Assembly (NCBI GenBank): GCA_033442325.1 | Contig: JAWQFM010000015.1 | Location: 1,406,366 to 1,456,832 of the forward strand | Length of the DNA: 50,467 nucleotides | Reading direction: 5' to 3' | DNA from: Salpingoeca rosetta | Lineage: Eukaryota > Protista > Choanoflagellata | In this document: one piece after another, positions 1 to 11,523 of the stretch | Position numbering within the stretch: position 1 is the stretch's first letter | Layout: every line of letters begins with the position of its first letter | Made by a program: the position numbers and the translations under genes | The notes under the pieces: model-generated | What the model saw: the letters and a program-made list of their open reading frames with translations, nothing else | Databases searched by the model: none | What the model was told of the DNA's origin: nothing

Positions 1-184
1 TGTACTTCTATTGGTCGATATAGTTGTCGTCATGTGGGTAATATCCAGTAGTTCTATTGTGAGATGTTGGATGGTAGTCTCTATTTGCTCCGTGGGCCTG
101 CGGTGCTCTGCTCGATAGTTATTTTCGTCACAGCGTTGTTCTTGTCGTAGCGACATAGTGTTGTCTTTGCTGTGCGCTGCTCGA

Positions 185-322
185 TGGTTGTGGTTGTTGT
201 TGTTGTGTTGTTGTTTGTTGGTGGTGGTAGTGATGTTGCTGCTGGTGTTGTTGTTGATGTTGTTGCTGCTGCTGCTGCTGTTGTTGTTGTTGTGTTGTTG
301 GTGGTGGTGGTGGTGGTGGTGG

Positions 323-366
<44 letters not shown>

Positions 367-390
367 GCTGCTGCTGTTGTTGTTGTTGAG
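185..390. repeat. (GTT/GCT/GGT)n trinucleotide microsatellite
   Basis: Low-complexity triplet tract seen directly; it produces spurious polyQ/polyL/polyV ORFs. Confidence 0.9.
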
Positions 391-995
391 GGTTAATTTT
401 TCGCCGTCTTCGACAGCAGGGATCAGCCACATTGCACACGACCACAGCCATTGCGTTGGGTGCGGTGCACAAAAGGCGGGGTGACGCGGGTGTTATATTG
501 AAGGTGCCGTGTTTGAAAGGGGTGGTTGATTTCCGTTGTCCGAGACAGCTGGATGAGATGGGGAGGGGGGCAAGAACGGCTGCAATGACACCTCTTCCAC
601 ATCAGCAAAGCCGCTCCCAGGAAGCCATGAGCGGCACCTGTGGCAGTTGCAGCAGCAAGCAGAAAATGTTGTTGCTCGGCACCCATCGCCATACAACGAA
701 CGCATCCGCCCCCACAAATTTCACCGGCACCGACACCGGCACCAGTAGGAACAGACGCTCAGAACAGAGGCGGTCGGAGGCGACATCGCCAACAGCGCAG
801 ACGCAGCGTACGACGCACGTTCACGTCGCCCACCGATTTGAACAGCGTGAGTGAGTGGGAGTATGTGTGTGTGTGTGTGTGTGTGAGTTTTCGTGTGTGC
901 ACGTTTGTCTGTGTTGATGTGTGTTCGTGCGCTTGCTCCTTTGTCATATCATCACCAAGGGTGTCACACAACGCGCATCACACGCACACACGCAC

Positions 996-1987
996 CTTGC
1001 TTGAGAAGTACTGTCGATGAAGGGTAAAGGGAAAGCACTTATCATCCCCGTCGTTGCCAAGCGTGCACTGCCTTGCGTTCGCGCAGGGCGTGGCGTCCAT
1101 TCTTGCGGAAGAGTTGCCACGACCTGGATGCAGCGAGTGTGTTCGGGTGTGTCTGCGTTTGTGCGTGTTTGAAATTGTGTCCGTTGATGCGTGCTTAGAG
1201 CGCTCATACACTCTCGTGTACGCGTGTCTTGACCCCGCCGGCTTGTGTATACTCCCAGTCCTTTTCCTCCTTTCCTCTTTTTCCTCCTTTTCCTCCTTTT
1301 CCTCCTTTTCCTCCTCTTTCTTCTTCTACTGCTGCTTGTGCTGTCTGTGTGTAATACAGGCTGTAACATAACACACGCAGCGAGAGAAGGCGCAGGTGCG
1401 CAAGCAAGGGGGGAAGCGCGGCACCAATGCTAACCACACGTGTCCATGTGGTTCGTAAAGGTGCGTGCGTTGGCAAATGTCTTTCGACATTTTTCACAAA
1501 CAAGGGGCGGTGGTGGCCCCTGTTTGTGTTTAAGCTGGATGTGTGAGTCTTACATCAGCATGAACAGACGTACAACACAGACCCAAAGGCACGGCACACG
1601 CACACGCGTGCAAACACACGTGCGGAGAAACAGGCATCATCGGCTTACCTGAAGGGCAGCGTGGAGGTCATTCAAGGCCTCGGGAAGCCGGCGTGGGTCG
1701 TCTGCCAAGGTGTCGAAGACGGACACGCCTGTGCCGAAGGCACATTGTGCCCGTCGGGTCGCGAGCGCTGGCACAACTCTCGTCACCTTTGTGCATACAC
1801 GTGTGTGTGTGTGAGAGTTGGTGTGCGGTTTGGCCATGTAGCAGAGTGGAGGTACGCAAGGGTTAGCAGGGGAACTCACTGGTTCGTGGGTCTGCTGTTG
1901 CTGCTGCTGCTGCCGCTGCTGCCGGGTCTGCTGTTGCTGCCGCTGCTGCTGCTGCTGTGGCTGCTGCTGCTGTTGCTGCTGCTGTTG

Positions 1988-2044
<57 letters not shown>

Positions 2045-2411
2045 CCGGGGCTGCTGCGGGTGTATCTTCTTCAGGTGATTCTTGAGCGTGTCCCCGCGGG
2101 AAAACCTCTGCGGGCAGAGGTGGCACTTGTACTGTCGTGTAAGGTGGGACTTGCGGTGCCGTGCCAGCTGTGCCTTCGTCTTGAATGCCTTGCCGCAGCC
2201 TTGGCAATCATTGCACTTGGTGGGTGAGTGTTGTGGAAGATATGAAGATGTAGAAGAAGAAAGCAGGTGACTGTGAACACAACTAGGCCAGCGTACCTGG
2301 AAAGTTGCACTCGAAGGGTCGCTCGTCTCTATGGCTGGTGAGGTGACGCTGCAGTGCCTGTTTTCCTCCTATTGAGGATAGTTTCTTCCCACATATCGGG
2401 CATACAGGCAT
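996..2411 (-). CDS. C2H2 zinc-finger protein with polyQ tract (spliced; 3' end unresolved, may continue left of 996)
   Basis: Phase-compatible GT-AG exons 2411-2297, 2199-1880, 1786-1649, 1519-1435, 1123-996. They give fingers CPICGKKLSSIGGKQALQRHLTSH, (linker RDERPFE)CNFPGCGKAFKTKAQLARHRKSH and CHLCPQRFSRGDTLKNHLKKIH, then a polyQ tract and a C2HC-like CEKCRKTFANARTFTNHMDTC. Confidence 0.8.
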
Positions 2412-2897
2412 GACCGGCGTGTGTGTACGTGCGTGTGTGTGTGTGTGTGTCGGATGCGATAACCAAGGCTTCAAGGTGTGAGCTAAAATGACAGAGACAT
2501 TTGTACGTTTTTGAAGCAGACAGAATTTTGTTTGTGGACATTACTCTGTTCGAAAGCTGTTTGAAGGACGCGTGCTTGGATTAAAGTCTACCGGCAAAAT
2601 GTTGTCGATGTTGGCGAGAGACATTGGCGCCCCTGTGTCACTTTGTGGTTTATTCATGTTCGACTTACTTTCTTGTTTCGTTCACTTCTTCCACAAAATT
2701 TCCTCTTGTGTTCACCCACCAATACAATTGTTGACATCACTGTTCCAGTGTCAACGCTTGCTGAGTCAGCAAATTCTGCTGTAAACGTTTCTGTGCACGT
2801 GCGCCCAGAAACGGGCGTTTCTGGTTGTTTTGCCACGTGGCACTTCTCTCTCTCTCCTCCAGTTTTCTGTCTATGTGTGAGAGTGTCTCTCAGTTCA

Positions 2898-3165
2898 TGT
2901 TCAATCATCCTACATCCTTGTTTGCTTCACAACTCAAGTAAACACACACAACTCTCTCTTGCCAAGCCAATTCTCCCACACAACACACAGCACACACAGC
3001 ACACACAAGTGTTGCAAGTTCATGGTGGTGGTGCTGTTGTTGGAGACTTGTGTGTGTGTGTGTGCAGAGTGTGCTGTGTGTTGTGTGGGAGATTGTCTTG
3101 GCAAGAGGAAGTTGTGTGTGTTTACTTGAGTTGTGAAGCAAACAAGGATGTAGGATGAATGAACA
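2898..3165. repeat. Inverted repeat / foldback hairpin (~95-bp arms, ~75-bp spacer), possible MITE relic
   Basis: tcatcctacatccttgtttgcttcacaactcaagtaaacacacacaact (from 2905) is the reverse complement of agttgtgtgtgtttacttgagttgtgaagcaaacaaggatgtaggatga (to 3158). Similarity continues inward with mismatches. Confidence 0.85.
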
Positions 3166-3402
3166 CTCCAACAGAAAGAAACAGAGCAGAAGACAAGAAT
3201 TGTCGACAACGCAAAGTGGTGACGTGGCAGTGTTTGTTGAGAGTTGTGTGGTTATGTGGTGTGTTATGCAAGAGCATGTAACATCGAGCAACCACACAAG
3301 CTAAACACTGCACGTGCAACAGGTTGGAGGGAAATCACGTGAACATTCCAGAACACAAGAGAGGTGAGTGCAAATTTGTGGTGTCGTGAAGAAGGGAGGT
3401 CA

Positions 3403-3678
3403 ATGATGACTCAGCAGACAGGACTGGCCTGTCAACAACGATGCCAGGATGCGTATGGGATCAGCCGGTCCTTGTTTCATGGGTACGAGCACTGCATTGT
3501 GATAGATCTTGAGGAATGGTTGGCACCGTTGATTATGTTTCCTTGAAGCGAAGCCGAGGTGAGCGATGAGTGCGGGATGTGGTCGGACATGGACCCGCAA
3601 TTCAAAGATTGCGTGGGGGCGGCTGACGGCACCCTGATCCACTTCAATTTCCGTTTGACCAGTCTTGACCTGGCTTGA
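3403..3678 (+). pseudogene. PIF/Harbinger (DDE_Tnp_4/HARBI1-like) transposase fragment with in-frame stop
   Basis: Reads TGLACQQRCQDAYGISRSLFHGYEHCIVIDLEEWLAPLIMFP*SEAEVSDECGMWSDMDPQFKDCVGAADGTLIH. This matches the Harbinger pattern (HTH 'GIS.S', 'I.FP', then 'F..C.GA.DGT.I' with the first catalytic Asp). TGA at 3544-3546; the rest of the DDE domain is absent. Confidence 0.75.
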
Positions 3679-3882
3679 ATGTTGTGCGTCATTTGTACCC
3701 CGATGGGATGCGCTTGCCGACCTTCGTTCGTCCACTCACTCGAATATGCTGAGCGCGCGCGACGACCTGCGCGGCTATCAACACGCGTCTCCACACCTCA
3801 CGCTGCACGTCTGTCTGTGGCTCACCCCACCTGCCAGGGCCCCGGAGAATTGCCTCACGATTCTTGCCCAAGCTCACCGGCC

Positions 3883-4295
3883 GAAGTATTGGAGAAAAGG
3901 CACTTTTCATGGAGAAAAGGGACCCGACTTCGCGCTCCGTCAAATCTGTCCTTCACTCGCGGTGTGTAATGTCGTACGGATTGGCGTATGAAGTGGCAAG
4001 CACACACACACACACACACACCATGTTATCACGACAAGACACAATGGCGAGGAGCGAGGACCACGATTGACAACACCATGCCATGCTGGAAGCTTGTTTT
4101 TGAAGCGCTTGCGCGTGAACACTCGACATGACGTCACGCAATCATGTGACATTACACACCACAAGTGTGAGAAGTCATACGCTAGACCGCACGACATTAC
4201 ACGCGCGCAATTTGCAACGAGTGAAGGACAGATTTGACGGAGCGCGAAGTCGGGTCCCTTTTCTCCATGAAAAGTTCCTTTTTCTCCAATACTTC
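3883..4295. mobile_element. Non-autonomous Mutator-like (MULE) element / MITE, 413 bp
   Basis: ~110-120-bp terminal inverted repeats (GAAGTATTGGAGAAAA... from 3883; ...TTTTCTCCAATACTTC ending 4295), flanked by a perfect 9-bp direct repeat TCACCGGCC (3874-3882 and 4296-4304). Long TIRs starting with G plus a 9-bp TSD are typical of MULEs. Confidence 0.9.
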
Positions 4296-4580
4296 TCACC
4301 GGCCGCCCCGGCATCGACATCGCAGCCAGCAAACATGCACCGCGTGCGGAACCTCCTCCTCCTCCTCGGTGAAGTTGACATCCCCGGCGCCAAAGCCGTT
4401 AAATGTGCATCAAACCACCGTGAAAGCGTCCCGTGCCAGGCAACGAACGTGACAACATGACGTGACCAAATTAAAGCGTGTTTGCTTGCAGGCAACTTTT
4501 TTTATGTGTGGAACATTAATTCCTTCGTTTTGCTTTCGTGTGCTGGCTCTGCCAACTGCGTTCTGTGGGTTTCTCTACCC

Positions 4581-5099
4581 ATGTCTTCCTACCTGCGGGC
4601 CTTTGCTGGAAGGATCAACACCCAGCGCTTGCAGGTCTTGAGTGAGTGCCCGAATTGGGGTGTTCTGGAGGCGATTGATGAGACGCAAGAGCCGCGTGTT
4701 GGCGAAGGCGTGCCGGACTTCGTGTCCGGGCACGCCGACGCCAACTTGCGTACAGCTCAGAACACGCTCGCAGGTGTACGCGTGAACGTGTTACTCGAGG
4801 CGGTGGACCCAACGCTCCGGCACAGCATCCATTTCGCACGCGACAACGTGCAATCCCTGCCACCCGACAGCGTGCAGCGGTTCAGGGCGCTGAGGGACGC
4901 ACCTTCGACCCTGTGGCTGTCGACACATAAGGCTGTGGGAGATTTCGCACGCCAACACGACCCTGACGCACAGGTAAGTGGCGTGGGTGTGTTGGGGGGG
5001 GGGGGGTGCTTGGTGTGTGATTTGATGGCATGAGCTTTTGATTGGTTTTGGGCAACAGTGACGAAACATGCACCCATGATGATTGATGGCCTGATGGTG

Positions 5100-5193
<94 letters not shown>

Positions 5194-5375
5194 TATGACT
5201 TGATTTCGTGCGCCTTCGTCTGCAGGTATTCTACGTCGAGTGGGCCATTAGTCAAGACGACCTGCCAATACGCGCGGACCGCCTTCACGTTGGTCATGCT
5301 TTGCCAGACACCCTCATCTCCTATGCATCTCCTTCTCAATGCTCAAGGTACACACAGGCAGGTGTGTGTGTGTGT

Positions 5376-5406
<31 letters not shown>

Positions 5407-5534
5407 GTGACACAGCTCTTCGACACACATTGTGGCGCTGTCGATGTCCGTGTGCGTGAAAATGCGAGAGCCTGGCGTGCTCACGATCGCACATAGGCAC
5501 GCATACTCAGTTGTGTACACCTTCTTGCACACGT

Positions 5535-5565
<31 letters not shown>

Positions 5566-6767
5566 TAAATGGTAGGAGTGGCATTGCCACAGAGGATGAG
5601 GTGGAAGAACATCATCTTCGGCCCGGGTTCGTCATCCTTGGCGTTGACCCGATTATTGACCGCACGGCGTACCCAACGCTTTACAGCCACATCACCACCG
5701 CAGTGGAAACCGTCGCTACAATGGCCATCGTTTCCTCGATTAAGCATCATGCCATGTTCATGTACGGCGACCTGAGCACTCAGATTGGTACGCACAATGC
5801 TCGCTCTGCGTTTGCTGTTCGTTTGCGCGGCATGGGGCGTGGCACTTACAGTGTGTGCTATCGTGTGCGTGCCGCAGGAGACGGTGCCGCCGATTACGAA
5901 CGACTGGTTGCGCATCGACGGGAGAAGTGCGGTCCGGACGCATTTCGTGTGTCTGGGCTCAAGGGCGCGGCGACACGTGCAAGCATGCCATGTACGGGTG
6001 GCGGTGTGTAGTGTGTGTGTGTATGTGTGTGTGTATGTGTGTGTGTGTGTGTGCGTGCGTGCGTGCGTGTGTGTGTGTGTGCGTGTGCGTGCGTGCGTGT
6101 GTGCGTGTGTCGTGTGTCGTGTGTGTAGTGTGTGTGTGTGTGTGTGGTGTGTGAGAGTGTGTGCATGCGTGTGTAGTGTGTGTGTGTGTGTGTAGTGTGT
6201 GTGTGTGTGTGGTGTGTGCATGCGTGTGTAGTGTGTGTGTGAAGTGTGTGTAGTGTGTGTGTGAAGTGTGTGTAGTGTGTGTGTGTGAAGTGTGTAGTGT
6301 GTGTGTGTGTAGTGTGTGAGAGTGTGTGCATGCGTGTGCGCGCGTGCGTGTGTGTAGTGTGTGTGTGCGCGCGTGCGTGTGTGTAGTGTGTGTGTGCGCG
6401 CGTGTAGTGTGTAGTGTGTCGTGTGTAGTGTGCCCAAACACGTGTTAGTGTTGTTCTGCATGCTTGCTTGCGTGATGTGATCACGCGCACGTTTGGTTCC
6501 ATTCTGCACAAACGCTAGCACAAACGCACACACTCATTCACACAAGCGAGGGCACATGACCACACTCTGATTCACTCACTCACTGTCATCCAAACACACA
6601 CGCATATGCATGCACAGCCCGATATGCGATTGGGAAGACGAATGCCTTGACCGGCCTTTTACGCTTTGAGGACTTGTCAGAGGATCAACAAGCAGCAGTA
6701 GAGGTAGGTGTGCATCAGTAGCTGCACACGGGCACGGATGGACACACAGGCACACAGACACACACAG

Positions 6768-6799
<32 letters not shown>

Positions 6800-8357
6800 A
6801 CACACACACAGACACACACACACACACACACAAACACACAGGCACACACACACACACAAACACACAAGCACACACACAGACACACAGACAGACAGACAGA
6901 CAGACAGACATGCACGCACACACACACACATACACACACATAGACACACATAGACACACACACACATAGACACACACACATAGACACACACTCACCCACA
7001 TACACACTTGTGCCAGGGACTGCGGCTTGAGTGTACAGACCCTGAGTGCACAGCATCGACCGATATCAGGGACGTGAGGGTGTTCTCACACCTGCACCCG
7101 GCCAGTCCACCAGATTGGCACCCGGTGATTGTCACAGGGATACACTCGCGGCTGCTCTGCACGGGGGCGTCACACTGCAACGGTGCGTTGATGACGGCCG
7201 TGCGTGTGTGTGTGCGTGTGTGTGTGCGTGTGTGTGTGCGTGTGTGTGTGCGTGTGTGTGTGTGCGTGTGTGTGTCTTGTGTGTCTTGTGTGTGCGTGTG
7301 TATGTGCGTGCGCCATCAAGTGCGTGCTTGAGCGAGCAAGTGTCCGAGCGAGCGAGTGCCCACAATCACCAGTACGTGACTACATCTCATTTCCGACCTT
7401 ACAGGCTCGCTGCGGGTGGAGCCAGACTATGCCCAGCAGAAGGGGGTGCGCAGCCTATCCATCGAAACGGTGCGGCGCGAGTGGACTGCCCAATTCTCGT
7501 GCGATGTCGTCGCTGGGGTTGAAAGGCTTCGCTTCTCGCAGCTGACTCCCGCGCAGCAGGAGCTGGCCAGGGCAATCCCGTGGACGTGCTCGAAGCAGGT
7601 GTGGGCGGTGTGAGGGGTGTGTACTTGCGGTGTGAGGGGTGTGTACTTGCGGTGTGAGGGGTGTGTACTTGCGGTGATGCACTTGCGGTGATGCACTTGC
7701 GGTGATGTGATTGCGTTGCTGGTGCGCGCACGTGTATCCGTTGTTTACGCGCTACGCTGTACGCTGTGCGCTGTATCACGCTGCAGGGTGCTGGGTGTCA
7801 CGGGCGCAACCTGACATCGGAACACCGGCTGGTGCTTGTGCGCTTCAGCGACGGAGAGGGCAACCGGGAGAGCTTCCTGCTGTGCGAGGGCCACGATGGC
7901 GCGTGCAGGGGTATTGCGACACCTGTGCTCCGTGCGCAGATGGGGCTGCGCACCCTTGCCATCCGGTCGCCGACGTACCAGGACTGGTGCAACCAGCCGC
8001 TCTCGGACAAGGTGGTTGTTGTTGTCACACGGTTCAGCGAGATGAGCAGCGAGGACCAGGCCCGCCTGCGGCAAGTGGAGTTCACCTGCTCGGTAAGCAT
8101 TGTGTGATGTGTGCGTCGTGTGTGTCGTGTGTGTATGTGTGTTTTGTGATGGTGTCGTGTGTGTGCGCACGTGTGTGCTGTGTGTTCGTCATAGCTTGTG
8201 TGTGTGTGTGTGTGAGTTTGTGTGTGTTGTGCATGTACACGTGTGTGGGTGTGTATGCAAGCCTGTGGTTGGCGCACAGCTCTGGCTGCTCCTATCCCCG
8301 TTTTCTCCTCGCCTTCGCATGCTGACGCACACACACACACACACATACACGCGCACA

Positions 8358-8416
<59 letters not shown>

Positions 8417-8429
8417 CAACAACAACAAC

Positions 8430-8462
<33 letters not shown>

Positions 8463-8922
8463 CTATATGGGCGGATTCGTTACCAGGCGTTGAACATCAC
8501 TGGGCGCATTTGAATATGCCCATCACCTGCCGATACGCCCACAACTCACGCGTCTTGCTAGAGGTGTCTCTAGTATGCAAACGTGGGATCCCCTACGTGC
8601 ACCGAGGTTGTTTCGGTCGGGTAATACCTTGACAGCGAACGTCGCTAAAGTTGTTCTAGGTAGAACGGCGAAGCGTAGTCAGAGCTTATCTGGCTGGCCA
8701 TCACGGAGAATAGTTAGGACATAGCTATACTTGTCACCTCCGGAGCAATAGTAGNNNNNNNNNNNNNNNNNNNNNNNNNNNNNNNNNNNNNNNNNNNNNN
8801 NNNNNNNNNNNNNNNNNNNNNNNNNNNNNNNNNNNNNNNNNNNNNNNNNNNNNNNNNNNNNNNNNNNNNNNNNNNNNNNNNNNNNNNNNNNNNNNNNNNN
8901 NNNNNNNNNNNNNNNNNNNNNN

Positions 8923-8982
<60 letters not shown>

Positions 8983-8989
8983 AACACAA

Positions 8990-9028
<39 letters not shown>

Positions 9029-9512
9029 CATGTCGCGCTCAGAATGGATGCGACGTGTCGGCGGCGGACGTCGCCTGCACATCGGCCATGGAAGGGCTAG
9101 ACTTTGGGAAGATGGTGACGGGGGAGCACTGTCAGCTGGACACGTCTTCCAGATGCGACGGCATTGTATTTGCATCCCTCGCGTCGATGCAGGCGCATGG
9201 GTTTCATCAGCTGCACCGCAACACGCACCGCCAGCATGTCATCAGCATGCGTCGGCGCCAGGAGCGGGGCAATGCTGCGCAGGCGCAGGGGAGTGCCCCC
9301 GGTGCGTCTGTGGCCGTGGGCAGTGGCCGGCGGCAGAGCACCAGCGCTGCCATTGTGTGCGAGGTGTGCGGGCGAACGAGCCGCACACCACAGCAGTACA
9401 GTCGCCACAGGGCGTCGCACCGCCTCGTTGACGCCAGTGCCTTTGGCAGCGCCCCGATCACCATTGCCAACGCCAGCAGCAGCAGGGGCAGCGCCAGCAG
9501 CAGCAGGGGCAG

Positions 9513-9551
<39 letters not shown>

Positions 9552-10527
9552 TCGTGGTGGTGCAACTGGATTCAGAGCCAGCAGCAGCAGTGGCAGGCGC
9601 GCTGAGCGTGCACACACGAGCATTGCCCAGTGGCTTGTGGCGGCTGGTGACACAGCAACCGCACGCAGTGCTGGTACGGGCGCGCCCATTGTCATTCCTG
9701 ATGATGACGACGACGATCACGACTACGACGACAACGACGACAACGACGACGATGATATTGATGCTGAGGTTGCCACCACCGCTCGCAGCAGCATGGCAGG
9801 TGTTCGCTCACACCAGCCGTTGGCCAGGGTGACAGGCGCAACAACCGCACGCAGTGCTGGTACGGGCGCGCCCATTGTCATTCCTGATGATGACGACGAC
9901 GATCACGACTACGACGACAACGACGACAACGACGACGATGATATTGATGCTGAGGTTGCCACCACCGCTCGCAGCAGCATGGCAGGTGTTCGCTCACACC
10001 AGCCGTTGGCCAGGGTGACAGGCGCAACAACCGCACGCAGTGCTGGTACGGGCGCGCCCATTGTCATTCCTGATGATGACGACGACGATCACGACTACGA
10101 CGACAACGACGACGATGATATTGATGCTGAGGTTGCCACCACCGCTCACAGCAGCAGCAGCCACAGCAGCAGCAGCAGCAGCGGCGGCGGCGGCGGCGGC
10201 AGTACGGGTGTTCCCTCACACCAGCCGTTGGCCAGGGTGACAGGCGCAGCAAGCGCCGTGAACCCTGCTCGCCGCAACAACAAGAGCCCCACGTTCGACA
10301 CCACCCGCACCGGTCGTACACAGCGGCGCCGGCGCCGTCGCCGCACGCCCGATGTGCGCGCACGCCAGGGGCAGCAGAGGAGTATTGTGCAATGGTTGAC
10401 GCGCGCTGATGGCAGTCGCCAGAGCGCGGGAAACAGCAGCGGTGACGACGACGACGACGACGGTGTGAGTGCGGCCACACCACCCACGAAAGCAAGCAAG
10501 GGCCACACAACGTCTACAGGCTGGTGA
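4581..10527 (+). CDS. Uncharacterised ~1025-aa protein: N-terminal domain, three 4-Cys repeats, C2H2 finger, 62-aa acidic repeats with SIM-like motifs, PIP-like motifs
   Basis: Phase-consistent exons 4581-4973, 5226-5347, 5576-5787, 5878-5991 (donor ambiguous), 6618-6703, 7017-7182, 7405-7598, 7787-8092, 9043-10527 total 3078 nt with an open frame. C2H2: [21 protein letters not shown]. The last intron spans a gap. Confidence 0.7.
6008..7006. repeat. Compound (GT)n and (CA)n intronic microsatellite arrays
   Basis: GT-rich tract ~6008-6430 and CA-rich tract ~6740-7006; representative of dozens of similar tracts in the window. Confidence 0.9.
7608..7706 (+). repeat. Intronic minisatellite
   Basis: gtgtgaggggtgtgtacttgcg x3 followed by gtgatgcacttgcg x2 plus a partial copy. 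Confidence 0.85.
9657..10250 (+). repeat. Coding tandem repeat, 186-bp (62-aa) unit, ~3 copies
   Basis: gcacgcagtgctggtacgggcgcgcccattgtcattcctgatgatgac starts at 9661, 9847 and 10033. Copies 1 and 2 are essentially identical; copy 3 has indels. Confidence 0.95.
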
Positions 10528-11523
10528 TGTGTGTGTGTGTGTGATGTGTGATGTGATGTGTGTGTGATGTGATGTGTGTGTGTGTGTGGCGCAAGCGACC
10601 ATCTTATGACCTCACCGCCTCACACCACACCCCCTGTGTTTCGCCATCGTACCTTGCCGTGCGGCGTTGCTTGTCTCGCTCGAGCCCTTCCTCTTCGTCT
10701 GGTTTGTCGCTTTTGTTACGTTCACACAGGCATGCGCACGCACACGCACACGCACACGCACACGCACACGCACACGCACACGCACACGCTTGCCTCGTTT
10801 GAGCGCCCTGCCAGCCCTGCCTGCCACTTCTTGTTGTCGCTGTTGGGTTGTTACTTTCAACTTCAACCCCCCCCCCCCACACACACGCACGCTGTCCCGT
10901 GTCGTTTTGTTTACGGCGAACCACGTGTTACCATGCCACGCTTGTCGCTTGCCTGGTTCGGGCCTTTTTTTTTCCCCTGCTTTTGTTATCTTCACCTCGA
11001 GGCATGCGCACGTTCCTGCCTTGGTTACAGTGCGTTGGACCCTCCCTTTGCGTTTGGTCGTTACCTTCACCAACCCACGTTGACCCCCATTGAACGAACA
11101 GCCCATTTCGTTGACGACCAGTTGTTGTCTGTCTGTTCATTGTTGGGGCGTTGTAGGAAGGAACAAAACGCAAGCACACGCACGATGGTGGCAGTGCCAT
11201 TGCAAAGCACCACCACCAGTGGGGGCGACGTACAAAGACGCCATCCACGCCATCGTGAGAGCAGCAAAAGAACAGAGAAGAAACAACAGCAACAACAACA
11301 ACAGCCGCGTGCACGGGAACAAGGTGAAAGGTGAAAGGTGATGCGATAGTTGATGGTTCTCACATCACATCACACCACACACCACACCACACACACTCGC
11401 GCGCACACAGAGGGAAGGCAACCCAACAAAAGAGGGGGGAAAGAAAACAAACACAACACCACAACACACAAAGTGCGCAGTGCAAACACACGAGCACCAC
11501 GCGGGCCCCCTTCGCGCTTGCGC

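Noticed and set aside
1-130. Window-start sequence with atypical composition
   Set aside because: Adjacent to a long triplet repeat and resembles degraded read sequence; nothing interpretable.
5481-7056. Numerous HT/CV-repeat ORFs here and throughout the window
   Set aside because: Translations of (CA)n/(GT)n microsatellites in introns.
8461-8754. Compositionally odd, random-looking block that could be foreign DNA
   Set aside because: It follows a long (CA)n run and abuts an N-gap, typical of low-quality read ends; no ORF or motif.
9657-10250. Repeat array as a CRISPR-like structure
   Set aside because: No unique spacers; it is an in-frame coding tandem duplication in a eukaryotic exon.
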